A DNA stretch of 64,000 bases from Pocillopora damicornis (taxonomy: Eukaryota): assembly GCF_003704095.1 (NCBI RefSeq), contig NW_020844146.1, positions 62,001 through 126,000 on the forward strand. The letters are read 5' to 3'. Position 1 is the stretch's first letter, and each line of letters starts with the position of its first letter. A program made the position numbers and the translations under genes. The notes below the pieces were generated by a model. The model saw only the letters and a program-made list of their open reading frames with translations. It was not told the DNA's origin and searched no databases. This document shows, in pieces, positions 1-11,359 of the stretch.

Positions 1-140
1 AAGAACTTGTTTTGAGATCTTAGCCCTAGGCTCAGTTTTTTCAAGGAGGGGTGCTTTACTGGAAAATTTTAGCTCAGCGAGTTCTTAAATTTTAGTTTCT
101 TATAAGCGGAGTTTTATTATACTCAAATTTGATGTCTTGC

Positions 141-1345
141 CTGTGTTAAGTTTTATTGCCCAGCTGTCAGGGTCACATGACGTAACTTTTCTGATTTGAC
201 CTTCAACTGCTGCTCCCTCATTGGCGCAGGCCAGTGAATACCACACGCAGGACATCACGTGGATCGTAATCGTACCAATGGCAGCATATTTTAATGCCCG
301 GATCAGTGCAGTGTTTGTTCCCAACTCATTTTCTCTTGCCCCTAAAAATGTAAGAAAAAAAAAAAAGAAAAATTAAACTAATAAGTAAAAAGGGTGAGGA
401 AGTTGATCTCATTAGTAAAAGTTATGCATGAACTTGAGATAAACTAAGTATTCTATAGGTGAAGGGGCTGGAGGCGACCGACCTTAGAGCCGAAAGTCGT
501 CGAATGGGGTGTGCGCATTCGCCACATAAACAAAAAAATTTTCTTTTACCAGCTACACTATGGATGTCCAATAAATCATTATTCTAATTTGGATATTTTG
601 GTTGTTTATAGTAACCTGGAGAAATTCGTCGTGTTCAACAACATCGGTCTGTTCTAACTCGCTCTTTTGAAATATTTAGGACTGAAACACGCGACATTTC
701 ATAAATGCAACTGAAATTGTAACACTGATCATGCTGATATAAATTTGTCTTAGGTTTTAGCCACCACAGTGTTTGAGAGGAATTATTCGTTTGCGAAACA
801 ACCAGATTCAAAAATTTACAGTCCATTAATCATCATTTTGGTAAAATACGAAAAGACCTACCAAAAAACGACGCCAGCCTGTAAACCCTTAAAATCCGGT
901 TGAGCCTCACCAAAGTCAGAAACTGATGCCATTCAAGATGTGTCTGAACTCCAAACACGAGCAGATCCAAGGGAATTAGCGTCAGTAAGTCCGGTACGAA
1001 TTTGGTCCGAAGATAGCGTCGACTAACCGATGATTTGTCTGTGACAAGAGTTCCTTTGTTGAAGTATCCAACCCGAAATTTAAGCAACACATCGGCGAGA
1101 AACAGCACATCAAAGATATAAACGAAAACCCAAAGAGTTGCATCTCGAGATTCGAAGCTTGCTTGATAAGGGACTAACAGACAAGTCAAGAAAATGCAAA
1201 TCGCGCTAACGGCTTCCCACAAACGATAAGAAGTCGTGCGAGGATTTACGGCAAAGTAAGGTTGTGGTACAAAATTAAAATCCTCATTGGCGAGGGAAAC
1301 TCCTCTGAAAGTAACTTGAACTTTATCGTCTTTAGCTGAGGACAT
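141..1345 (-). CDS. Cyclic-nucleotide-binding-domain family ion channel (KCNH/HCN/CNG/CNGK-like), first two exons; gene runs off the window start
   Basis: Exon 1 (1345-862) encodes S1-S4 (NPRTTSYRLWE..., PYQASF, DVLLKFRVGY, RRYLRTKFVPDLLTLIPLD, S4 LVRLNRILRVYRL). It splices in phase 1 to exon 2 (341-~141) encoding S5 (ALKYAAIGTITIHVMSCVWYSLAC...SW). The exon 2 donor is probably AG|GCAAG at 141/140. Confidence 0.85.
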
Positions 1346-2761
1346 TTTCCCGTAGGAAATGTGCTAAATATCTAAGCACTACATCTTTAACGTGGCGCTG
1401 GACGCGGAAACTCCAAAACACAACGGTTTCGTTCAATGCGCTTAGTTCGTTAAAAGATGACGCGACAAACAGTCTACGTCTTATTTGCGCGCGCTGCGAG
1501 TTGTTCATGTTCCCTGAGAGAAGAAAAAGAAGAAAGTTTAATTTGATCGAGCTTTCAGTTAAAGTCACCTTATATACAGCGCGACTCAACGTTGTTATTG
1601 ATAGATAATTTTTATATAGATTGAATGAAGCCTAAAATTGGAGCTCTATATAGTTTATTTTACTGTTCTTCGTTTACGACTCCTTTCCCCTTCTGCTGGA
1701 TGTGGGATACACTATTTCCCGCTTTCCCGCCACAACCCTACCGTTATTTTACTTGAATAGCGTCTAATCTGTTACTTTCATTTCTTTATTTACTACTCTT
1801 AATCTGTTTCCTATATTCATCTATTTCTCCATCCTTAAAAAATATAGGTTACTATCTATTACTCATCGCTGATCGAATTTATCTTTTTAAGGAAATTAAA
1901 GCTTTGGGGGGCTTTCAAGCTTTGAGGGATTTTGGAGAAAGGTTACATATTGTTCCTTTTATTATTTCGAAGTATCCTAAATGTTTTAAACGCGAAGACA
2001 TAGGACAGAAATGAAGGCAAGTGACTGAAATTTCTCTTTCCCCCTAGCAGTTCTTCCCAGTTTACTGTAGGCAATCAACATCGACCTGCTACCATCACAA
2101 ATATCTCGTGAGGATCTAGTTTCTCTTTTATTCAAACATTTTCCTCAGTCTTTACCAGCAACTCCACTGTGGACACAACAAAGAATAACTACTGCTAGCA
2201 AAGCCAAGCTTACGAGCGACTTCATCACGCCGCCATAAAACATGTAAAGAAAAAGAACGCTTCTGTTACTGGTGATTGGGGTCAGTTTTACATCTAATTA
2301 GTAGAGAGCTAATATATTATGGAACGTTAATCTGTCTCTGAAATAACCTTTTCTTGAGTCAAGGAATAAAAATCAAGGCAATTTTAGAACATCACGCTGC
2401 ATGGGTAGGGCGGACGTGCAAGTGAAAAAAAATCTTCCTTAAAATAACCGGAGTTTTCACGGACCGAGAACTAAGAAACAACTACTGAAGCAAAATTATG
2501 CTGTCACACTCAGTGAACCGGTGGAACGTTTCGTGTCGCGGAAAAAGCTCTTCTAGGAAAGCAAAGCAGAACGAGATAAGACACAAAGACAAAGACTATC
2601 ACGGATGTCACTTATGTTTGGTCCTTGACGGCAAAACACATGGTAAGTCAACAATTGTCTCTGAGCTAAACAACTTAAGGAGAAATTAGTTATAAGCTTA
2701 TTGCGAAGTACCTAAGGTTTACTTTTTATCGCAAGAAATAAGCCCTAGCCAGCGATTCTCA

Positions 2762-2917
2762 TATTGACCACCACTTAAAAGCATATCTTTTAAGTTCCTC
2801 ATTAGAGGAAAACATGTACACGTATTATCATTCTCCTTTACCATGAATTAACGGAATAGTCCAATACGTTTACACAAAGAGGTACTTAATAGCTATGCTT
2901 TCAAATGGTGGTCAATA
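2762..2917. mobile_element. Small MITE-like element with ~24-bp terminal inverted repeats
   Basis: TATTGACCACCACTTAAAAGCATA ... TATGCTTTCAAATGGTGGTCAATA; a related partial copy lies at ~3751-3830. Confidence 0.6.
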
Positions 2918-2957
2918 CTCATGAGCACATAATTCATTAATTAATTGGGTGTGAAAT

Positions 2958-3085
2958 GAAAGCTATTTGTAAATGCGCTAAACTTTGTGGATTGACGGCT
3001 AAAAGCTAAAATAAAATATTGAATCACTCCTCTTGAGCTTTTAGCCGTAAATCCACAAAGTTCAGCGCATTTACAAATAGCTTTC
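2958..3085. repeat. Fold-back inverted repeat (~49-bp arms, 2 mismatches)
   Basis: GAAAGCTATTTGTAAATGCGCTAAACTTTGTGGATTGACGGCTAAAAGCT pairs with AGCTTTTAGCCGTAAATCCACAAAGTTCAGCGCATTTACAAATAGCTTTC. Confidence 0.85.
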
Positions 3086-5145
3086 TTGTTGCGTTCATTC
3101 CTACATCCAGATTTTACAGGACTGATTTCTGAGGGCTGTGAAGTGACGGACAAACCCATTGTGAAACTTTTGTTTTTCGAATCAGTAAACACTACATGAT
3201 TCTCTCAGTCAGGAGAATACTAGAAGCTACCTATGTCATGAAGGTCAAATTATTTATTCGTTCCCACGGGTTGAAAAATTGGGTCATGCGTGTGAAATGA
3301 CTTCTCAGAAACACAGGAACTTTATGGTGCAATCAATTAACTTTGTCAAATTTGTTTTCTTCATCTGTGAGGAATTGTCTTAGCTTAATTGATCACATGT
3401 ACACATTTTTCACTCAATTTTTAAAAGCCCTTATCCATCATTTAGGAATGGATTGATTGTATAGGAAAAGATTACATAATGGTTACTCTTGGCGAAAAAG
3501 GTTGGCTGATGCAAGAAGTGATCATGTCATGATTCTCTTAGTCAAGAGAATACTAGAATCTATTTGCATAATGAAGGTCAAATTATTGATTCTCGGGGGT
3601 TCGAAAATTTCGTCATGCGGGAGAAATCATTTCTCAGAAATACAGAAACATTATGATGCAATTAATGCACTTTGTCGGATCTGTTTTCCTCAACCGGGAG
3701 AGCAATTGTCAGTCAATCCTCCATTTCCCTTAACTTAATTATGTGCACGAATTGACTACCACTTGAAAGCAAATTTTTAAAGTTCCACTTTGTGTAAATT
3801 TGTTAGACTATTCCTCTAATCCTGTTTAAAAGAACGATTTTCACGGTCGGCTTCCTAAAGAGTAGATAATGAAGTAAAAGCCTATATAAAATTACTGTAT
3901 TTACTCGATTACGCCCCTTCCCCCGAATAATCGAACTAACAAACGACTACTGAAGCAAAATTATACCGTCACACTCAATGAGCTGGTGGAATGTTCCGTG
4001 TCGCGGAATAAGCTTTTCTAGAAAAGCAAAACAAAACGAGACAAAAAGAAAGACACAAAAGACGAAGACTATCATTGACGCAATGTGAAGGCAAACTGGC
4101 GGAACCAAGAGAAGTTACTTAAACAGTAATTACCACACTGAAACCACTAATGACATCCTGAAGACATATTAGAGTTCACATTTTATTCTAGAGCGCGTTT
4201 TTGTGGAATTTCCGCATTTTAACAAACAAAATGTCGAGTGAAACTTACGTCCAAACATCGATTGGAGCACAAATACCCTCTCTGGAGTATAGAATTATGT
4301 TACTGTCTCACTGAACTGCATTTCTCTTCTTCGCTTTCCTTCTGAGTATAGTTTTAGGGCTCCATCTCTTGGAAAAGGCCCCTGTTAAGTGAAAGATTGA
4401 GGCCCACCGGGTCCCCTGGCCAATTTCTAGATCAAACCCTGGAGTTATTGCAATACTTTCACGGTACAAATGTGGTGATAATTATCCCTCTTCCTTTTCC
4501 TTTTTTGTGCCAAACGCAATTCAAACATATCTCTCGATGCTAACGTTCATCAAATATTACATTGCTTATATAACCTATAACAATTCCGAAGGGTTTATAG
4601 ATTTTTCACTTTGCAGTAAAAAGCATAATAATCCGTGGTTTAAAAGCATTTTTCTATTTAAAGAATTTTTTTTACTTTAAGCAGTAGTTTCATCTTAAAA
4701 ACCGCCAGGAGTTATCAGTACCCGAAGAATTCTCTCTCTATACACGATTATGATCGCTGATCAGCTGCAGTTGTAACACCTATATCTTAACTCCTATATC
4801 AGAGATCCTTATTACTTGTTTGTTACATGGCGTTTTTATGCCGCCATTCTCGCTTGTTAGAAACCCTAGTTTACGACGAAGTGTTTTTTTTTTTCGCGCG
4901 ATGAAACGTCTCACGCGCGCTAATTTGGTAGCTACAGGAAGTGCATATTTCCTTTTCTCCTCTAATCTCATTGTTTCCATTTATCAAAATTTCGTTTAAT
5001 TTAAGGAGTTTTTCCGTGAAAACGTCCACCCAACTCATTAAGTATGACATATGCAGATGTCCATGACTGCAGAAGAAAGACATTCTCTTTATTGGTTGAT
5101 GCAAGGGGATGACGCAAGGTCTGAACACAACACGCTGAGACAGAC

Positions 5146-5152
5146 TATAAAA
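5146..5152 (+). promoter_or_regulatory. Candidate TATA box of the HIT-like gene
   Basis: TATAAAA ~100 bp upstream of ATG 5250; a CRE-like TGACGCA lies at ~5110. Confidence 0.45.
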
Positions 5153-5249
5153 TAGACGACTACGTTTTTACTCTTCATTCCTTGAACGATTTGCATCAAC
5201 TGAAAGGTATTCATCGAGAAGAAGAGTTCGTCCAGAGATCAACCAAAAG

Positions 5250-6889
5250 ATGGAGGTTAAAACGTCTGTCTATGACTTTAGTCTGCTGAGAGACGGTAAA
5301 TTCAGGGTGAATTTTGACTGTTACAAAGCCAGACCTCATTTTATTATTGCGTTAGACGATTCGCCTAAAACAGTGTACGAAGACCTAAGCGATGATCAAA
5401 AAAAAAAGGTAATCAACTTAGCCCTGCTGATGGCCACTAAACACGGTCTCGGGGAATCAAGGGCTGTTTTGTCCCAGCACTGTGGATACTGGTACAATTC
5501 GACGTATAACTATCATGCTCATCTTTGTGTAAATCACGAGAAATACCTCGGTATCTTGGATGGAGAAAAAAACACGCTCAAAAACTGGTCCCATTCTGAT
5601 GAAGCCATTAAGAAATATCCAACTAGTAAAAGGAAGGATGAGGTTGACGAAATCAACAAAATCATCGCTGATAAAGTAGCCAAGGACGTTACCGAGGGGG
5701 GCAACGACATTCTTTTTCACCCATCAGAACCAAGAGTTGGATTTGCAGTCGAGGAGTCACATAAACCAACTAACCCTCAAGCTTGGTTTAATGTTCAAAA
5801 GAAAATGATGTTATACGCAACTGGAAAGGATCTCACCAACCCTAAGGGAAATGGGAACTATTTCGGATGTCACGTATGTTTGGTCCTCGACGGCAAAACA
5901 CATGGTAAGTCAACAATTGTCTCTGAGCTAAACAACTTATAGAGAAATTAGTTATAAGCTCATTGCGGAGTACCTAAGGTTTACTTTTTATCACAAGAAA
6001 TAAGCCCTAGCCAGCGATTCTTTTCCTTTCGTTTCCACTTCAACGTCCGCATCTATCGCTAGAATATAAAATTAAAACAGGTTAATGATGCAATTCATAA
6101 GGATACCCGTGCTGATTTAAGTCAATAATCATTTCCTTCCATTTTGAATAGGGGCTCATCTTTTGTAGCTCATGATCAAATTACAATGAAGTCGAAAAAA
6201 ACAGTTGAACAATATTTAGTTGTTCTAGCATAATTAGAGAACTAAAATAGAGATGTTAGTGGACTTTCACATTGCCTGAATATTTGTTAGCGAAAGGAAA
6301 CTGTTATGGAAAAGCATACCCCGCTATGATTTCATTCTTCAACAAATTACGAAACACATCTAAATTGAATAACCTTCTCCACTTAAGTACAATGCATGAA
6401 TCAATATCAGTATCTGAGCAACTGCCCACCTACCCCTCCCCTAACCCAACATTAACCCTAACTTGTTATCAATTGACTGTTGTTGAGTTAGGGGAGGGGT
6501 AGGTGGGCAGTTGCCCAGATACTGATATTGATCCCAATGCATTTCATACGTAAATGGAAGAGAGCACAAGTTCCAGTTCAAAATATATCAAAGTTCCAGT
6601 TCTCTAAGTCCATCCAGGTGGGAAGGAGTAGTCGCCATTAAACTGACATATGAACCTAATCGGTTTCAGTTACTCCTGTTACATTTCAAATTTGTGTTTC
6701 CTATCTGTAGCTATTCAATAACATTTATTCGACTTTTCAGGCTTCGACAATATAGCTGTTTCCAAGTGCCTTGTTGGCTTCATTGAAGTAACTGGATCGA
6801 AGTTCTACCGAGATCTCTGTCCAAATGAAAAGAGGGAAACCTGGTTTGATCGTTTCCGAGAAAGTAGTCGTGGCTATTCACCATGGTGA
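5250..6889 (+). CDS. Uncharacterised HIT-fold (aprataxin/DcpS-C-like) protein, 2 exons (5250-5904, 6741-6889), ~267 aa
   Basis: Donor CATG|GTAAGT at 5904/5905 and acceptor TTTTCAG|G at 6741 join in frame to ...GFDNIAVSKCLVGFIEVTGSKFYRDLCPNEKRETWFDRFRESSRGYSPW*. Motifs FDCYKARPHFII (cf. aprataxin DKYPKARYHWLV) and YHAHLCV (cf. HIT H-x-H-hydrophobic). Confidence 0.7.
6398..6534. mobile_element. hAT-like MITE in the intron of the HIT-like gene
   Basis: ~55-bp terminal inverted repeats (ATCAATATCAGTATCTGAGCAACTGCCCACCTACCCCTCCCCTAAC...) flanked by the 8-bp direct repeat CAATGCAT at 6390-6397 and 6535-6542. Confidence 0.85.
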
Positions 6890-9449
6890 GCATGGTGCTC
6901 ATCGTAAAACTTGACCATTGCTTTAGTCCATTTCTTTTTATGATAAGATTAGTTTTGTCTAATATTTCTACCTATTCAATCTTATAGCCGTTCAAGTATT
7001 CGCTGATATGCGGTAGCAGATCCACTCTAATCTGTTGGCAAAAAGCAACGCACGGGTTCTCAGATTAACAAATGGATGAAAACAAGTCAAATGATTTAGT
7101 TCTAAGAGTTAAGCGAAGATCGAGGAATTTTGATTGCCCTAATGTAATCATTTTACTTTTTGGATATAGATCAGAAGTATCGTGATCTTGTGTTAAGTTC
7201 TTTTATTTGGATATACATCTAGGAAAGTTGTAGCACTTTGGAATATATTTAATCGCAATACACTGGTATAGATAGTCCATGACGGATGACTTTCGCAAAG
7301 CGAAATGATATGTAAGAGTCAGATATCATTTTGAAATACCAGATACCTTGTCAGAGTGTAACTGAGTTTTAACAAGCACCAAGTAGTAAATGGAATAAAA
7401 TTTCATTTTTAAAATTAATGGTGCACAAAGCGTGTTTTTTTTCTTTACATCTGTTGACATTAGAGTCTCTAAAAAGACGTCTATCATTGATCCAGTGTTG
7501 ATAATTTTTTGCCAAATGCGTTGACATCTAGTTGCTATGTAGTTCCCTGTCAGAGAAGTATTCATTTCCAAAGTACATCTAGTTGCGTATCTTAATCTTA
7601 ACGGTTGACTGATAACAAGTGTGCATGCTTGGAGTGATTCTATTTATCTTTCAAGCTTTTAGCCGTAAATCCGCAAAGTTCAGTCGCATCTTCGAATAGC
7701 TTTTAGGTGTTACATAAATATTTCTGAAGGCTGTAAAGTGACAGACGAACCTATTGTGAAGCTTTTGTTTTTCGAATCAGTAATCACCACATGATTCTCT
7801 CAGTCAGAGAATACTAGAGGCTGTCCATGATATGAAAGTCAAATTATTTATTCGTTCCCACAGGTTGAAAAATTGAGTCATGCGTGTGAAATGACTTCTC
7901 AGAAATACAGGAACTTTATGATGCAATCAATTAACTTTGTCCAATTTGTTTTCTCATCTGTGAGGGATTGTCTTAGCTTGATTGATCACTTATGTGTACA
8001 TTTTTCACTCAATTTTTAAAAACCTTTATCCATCATTTAAGAATGGATTGATCGTATAGGAGAAGATTACATAATGTTTATTCTTAGCGAAAAAGGTTGA
8101 CTGATGCAATAAGTAATCATTTAATGATTCCCTCAGACAAGAGATTACTAGAATCTATTTATATAATGAAATAAATAATGAATTACTTTAATTATTTGAA
8201 TCAATCGTGAAATTATTGATCCTCGTGGGCTCGAAAATTTCGTCATGCGTGAGAAATCATTTCTCAGAAAAACAGGAAGTCTAGGATGCAATCAATGCAC
8301 TTTTTCGAATTTGTTTGCAGTCATGCATATAAAACTAGCAGTTTCTAATAGAAAGTGAAGTGCTGTGAGGTTAATTCAAGGTACTTTCGCCGCAAAACTA
8401 GACAAAATTCACCATTACAAAGGCAATTCCCACTTCAGCATACTACAAAGCATGCGGTCCATTCTGTCAATGTTACGCATGATTGGTTCGCTACCGCTGA
8501 CCAATGTACCGTACATACAAACATATTTCGGTAGCCCGACCAGAAATCGAAATCAAAACTGGCTGTAAACTCTTGCCAAGACCTACGCGCCACAGAAAGC
8601 CCGTTAGTGTTGCTGCTCGCTCGCAGCAATTATCTATAAGAAAAACGGGAAAGTTAGAGAACTTGTTCAAATTAGTGTTCCTTACGCAGAGAAAATGTCT
8701 TATGTCCACATACCTGACCCATTTTTATTTTATATTGACAATTTATGATTTCGTCTCTGTCATCGTAATTAATTTCTTACAATGTAAACACCAAGAAATT
8801 TGTCTTTGATCAATTAGTGTTCTCTAGTTGATACTTTTCGTAATTCTTGTTCGTCATCGATTCAGAACTTAAAAATGTTCAAGGAAATATTGCTTTACAG
8901 TAGCGGTTACTCTGAAGGAAAAGGACGGTGTAATAACCCTCCCGTCCTCTCCCCCGCCCCGAGAATCAATCAATGCAACCATAAATTGTGTTGCGTAGTC
9001 GTATGCACTACCACTTGAAGGCATAGCCTTTACGTTCTTCTTTGCGTGAACGTGGAACACTATTCCGTCCATTTTATAAAAAGGAGGAAAGCATTGAGAT
9101 CGATGAAGATCGATGAAGATCGAATACTCGGTAGTTCGAGTAGTAACCTAGGGCCTTTTTTCACTCTTGGTCTGTCCTATTACGGTTAGTTTGAAAACGT
9201 CCCTCGTTTTTTTTCCATGTTTTTTAATTATGTTTTCCAGATAATAATTACATAAATTAGTTTAGCAGAACATGCTTGTTAACAGATCACGCTTTTTTTT
9301 GGTATCTTGTTTAATCTACAATTTTTAGGAAATTCACATTTCCTGGGGCACACGATAGGCTCCTACTATGACCACATCAGTGAGATCATATAGTCAATTC
9401 ACATCTGTCCATAAATGGGTCGTAGCTTATTTAAAAGCCTAAATAACTA

Positions 9450-10125
9450 TACCATTCAGCTTCATATTACGTGGTCAGTGGCTGTCAATCCAGAGGTACA
9501 ACGGGAAGGACTTGCCTGGTTTTAAGACAAAGTGATCGTTAAAGAGACAGCAGGTAGCAGTTTTTTAATGACAAATGGTTTCACCAGAGGTTACATGAGC
9601 ATTTAGGATTGTTCTCCTAGGTGGGTCTTATTCTCCATATAGGACGAGACCTTGACAGACGACAATCCAAAATGTATCGCTGGACGGCTCGGTCAAAGTG
9701 CTTACCCATGGGGAAGGCGTCACAGTTAAACGCTTTGGAGGCGAAGGAACGGGTGGCTGGAGTTATCTCACCTATGACTGGAAGGTAGGCCATACATATC
9801 AGCTCAAAGTGAACGTGAAATCAGATGCAAACGAAAGCGACAAGGTCGTCTTCACGGGTTGGTTCCTCATCCCAGAGCTGAATATCTGGCGACTGTTAGC
9901 ACCATTCTAGGTGCGTCCTATGGCAGCAAGGAAGAAACTGGAGAATCCCCACTCGTTTCTTGAAAATTGGATTGGAAATGGCCACCGCCGTAAGGGCTTG
10001 TGGGGTCCAGCAAGGATCAGGACAGACCGTGGTCCTTGGGTGCAAGCTATACACGGAAGACTGTAAACATCTAAGTATTACTACTGGTGGACCGGCATTG
10101 TCAGATAAATCCTTGGGCCCGTAAA
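9450..10125 (+). pseudogene. DUF3472-family (bacterial-type) pseudogene, intronless
   Basis: Reads WF*DKVIVKETAGSSFLMTNGFTRGYMSI*DCSPRWVLFSI*D, then a frameshift at ~9670, then VKVLTHGEGVTVKRFGGEGTGGWSYLTYDWKVGHTY...FTGWFLIPELNIWRLLAPF*VRP...PHSFLENWIG. This matches recalled DUF3472 motifs (YFMANGF.GY.G.Q, LFSVW, FGGEG.GG, YSFLENF). Stops at 9533, 9604, 9640 and 9908. Confidence 0.75.
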
Positions 10126-11359
10126 GATGTTCTTCCCCCAGTATTACATCTGTTCTACGCTTGAATTCCCCAACAAGCCGCAATGGAGTTCCTGCCCACG
10201 AGTCCTAGATTCCCACCGTCAACATCTGAGAGCTTATTTACATAACAAGTTTATGCATACACTTTTGGTTTATGCACTTTTTTGGGCATACATATGGAAA
10301 ATTGCATCTTTTGCATTGGTGGTCTGTCCAATTAATCAGTAATAAAAAATTATTAATGTCATTTGTAGTTCATTATTCAAAGTTGTAAATGCATGATCCT
10401 GTCAAATTATTTGTTCTCACTGCACTTTCTAACACATATAAATGAAAATGAAACTAATGTTTAGGGCATTCACTTGTCTTCTGTGAAAAGATTTTAAAAT
10501 AGCTTTAGCAAATAAACCACAACTTTTTGTTGCGCATGCTCTGACTGATCATGGAAAAGACGTCAAACATGCTTAAAGCTTAAGGCGGTATAGTGACTCA
10601 CGATGGTACAAACATTAATAAAATCCTCTCTACACAACTTTTTTCGCATCACTTCCTCTTTAAGGTCTTAATTCAATGAAAAAAAAGTATTCACTCCAAA
10701 AAGCTGCAAAATATACATAGATTAGATCCCCTTTCGTCTACTGGTTTGGTTTTGTTGTTATTTTGAAGGGCGTTTTACGCCATTATATCCTGTAATACTG
10801 ATGTGGCTGGCCAATGTCAGACCCATGTCTCTCGTTGCTTCTGACGTCTGGCGAACCTAAACACAGAAACAACGAGCAGAGTTCGAGATGATAATATGTG
10901 ACAAAATAAAGCCCGCTATGGCAACTTTGTGTGCGAAACAATCCTACTTGCAAGACCTGCGCAATCCTGAGTTCCTATCATTAAAGCCAGGTTTGAACTA
11001 CGTTTTGTTTGAGTTTATCCAACAATTATGCCGAACATTACACAAAGAGTGATAAGTGCCCATCACATAATATTGATAGCGATAATAATAGTAAAAATGA
11101 TGAAAATGACAAAAGTGAAAACAATTGATTATAACTATTACAAGAATAATCTTAAAGTCGTAATAATAGTAATCGATGTTTTAATCGCGTCTGTATAAAA
11201 AATAAACAATTCAACTGCGTGTTTGTCAAGTTTACATCGCCGTAGCCGTCAAAATATCAAAAGGACGTCATCACTCATATTTCCTTACCATTTTGACATC
11301 ATCTGCGATATACAACGAGGCAAAGCGAAATATGGATTCTACTTCTTAAATAAACAGTT

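Larger units (their letters stand above)
2468..3700 (+). pseudogene. Internally deleted partial duplicate of the HIT-like locus
   Basis: 2468-2601 matches 3932-4074; ~2596-2760 matches ~5857-6021 (GCHLCLVLDGKTHG plus intron donor); ~3035-3700 matches ~7654-8315. Confidence 0.8.

Noticed and set aside
9533-9910. Stop-codon recoding in the DUF3472 ORF
   Set aside because: The stops are mixed TAA/TAG replacing different residues, and there is a frameshift; this is ordinary decay.
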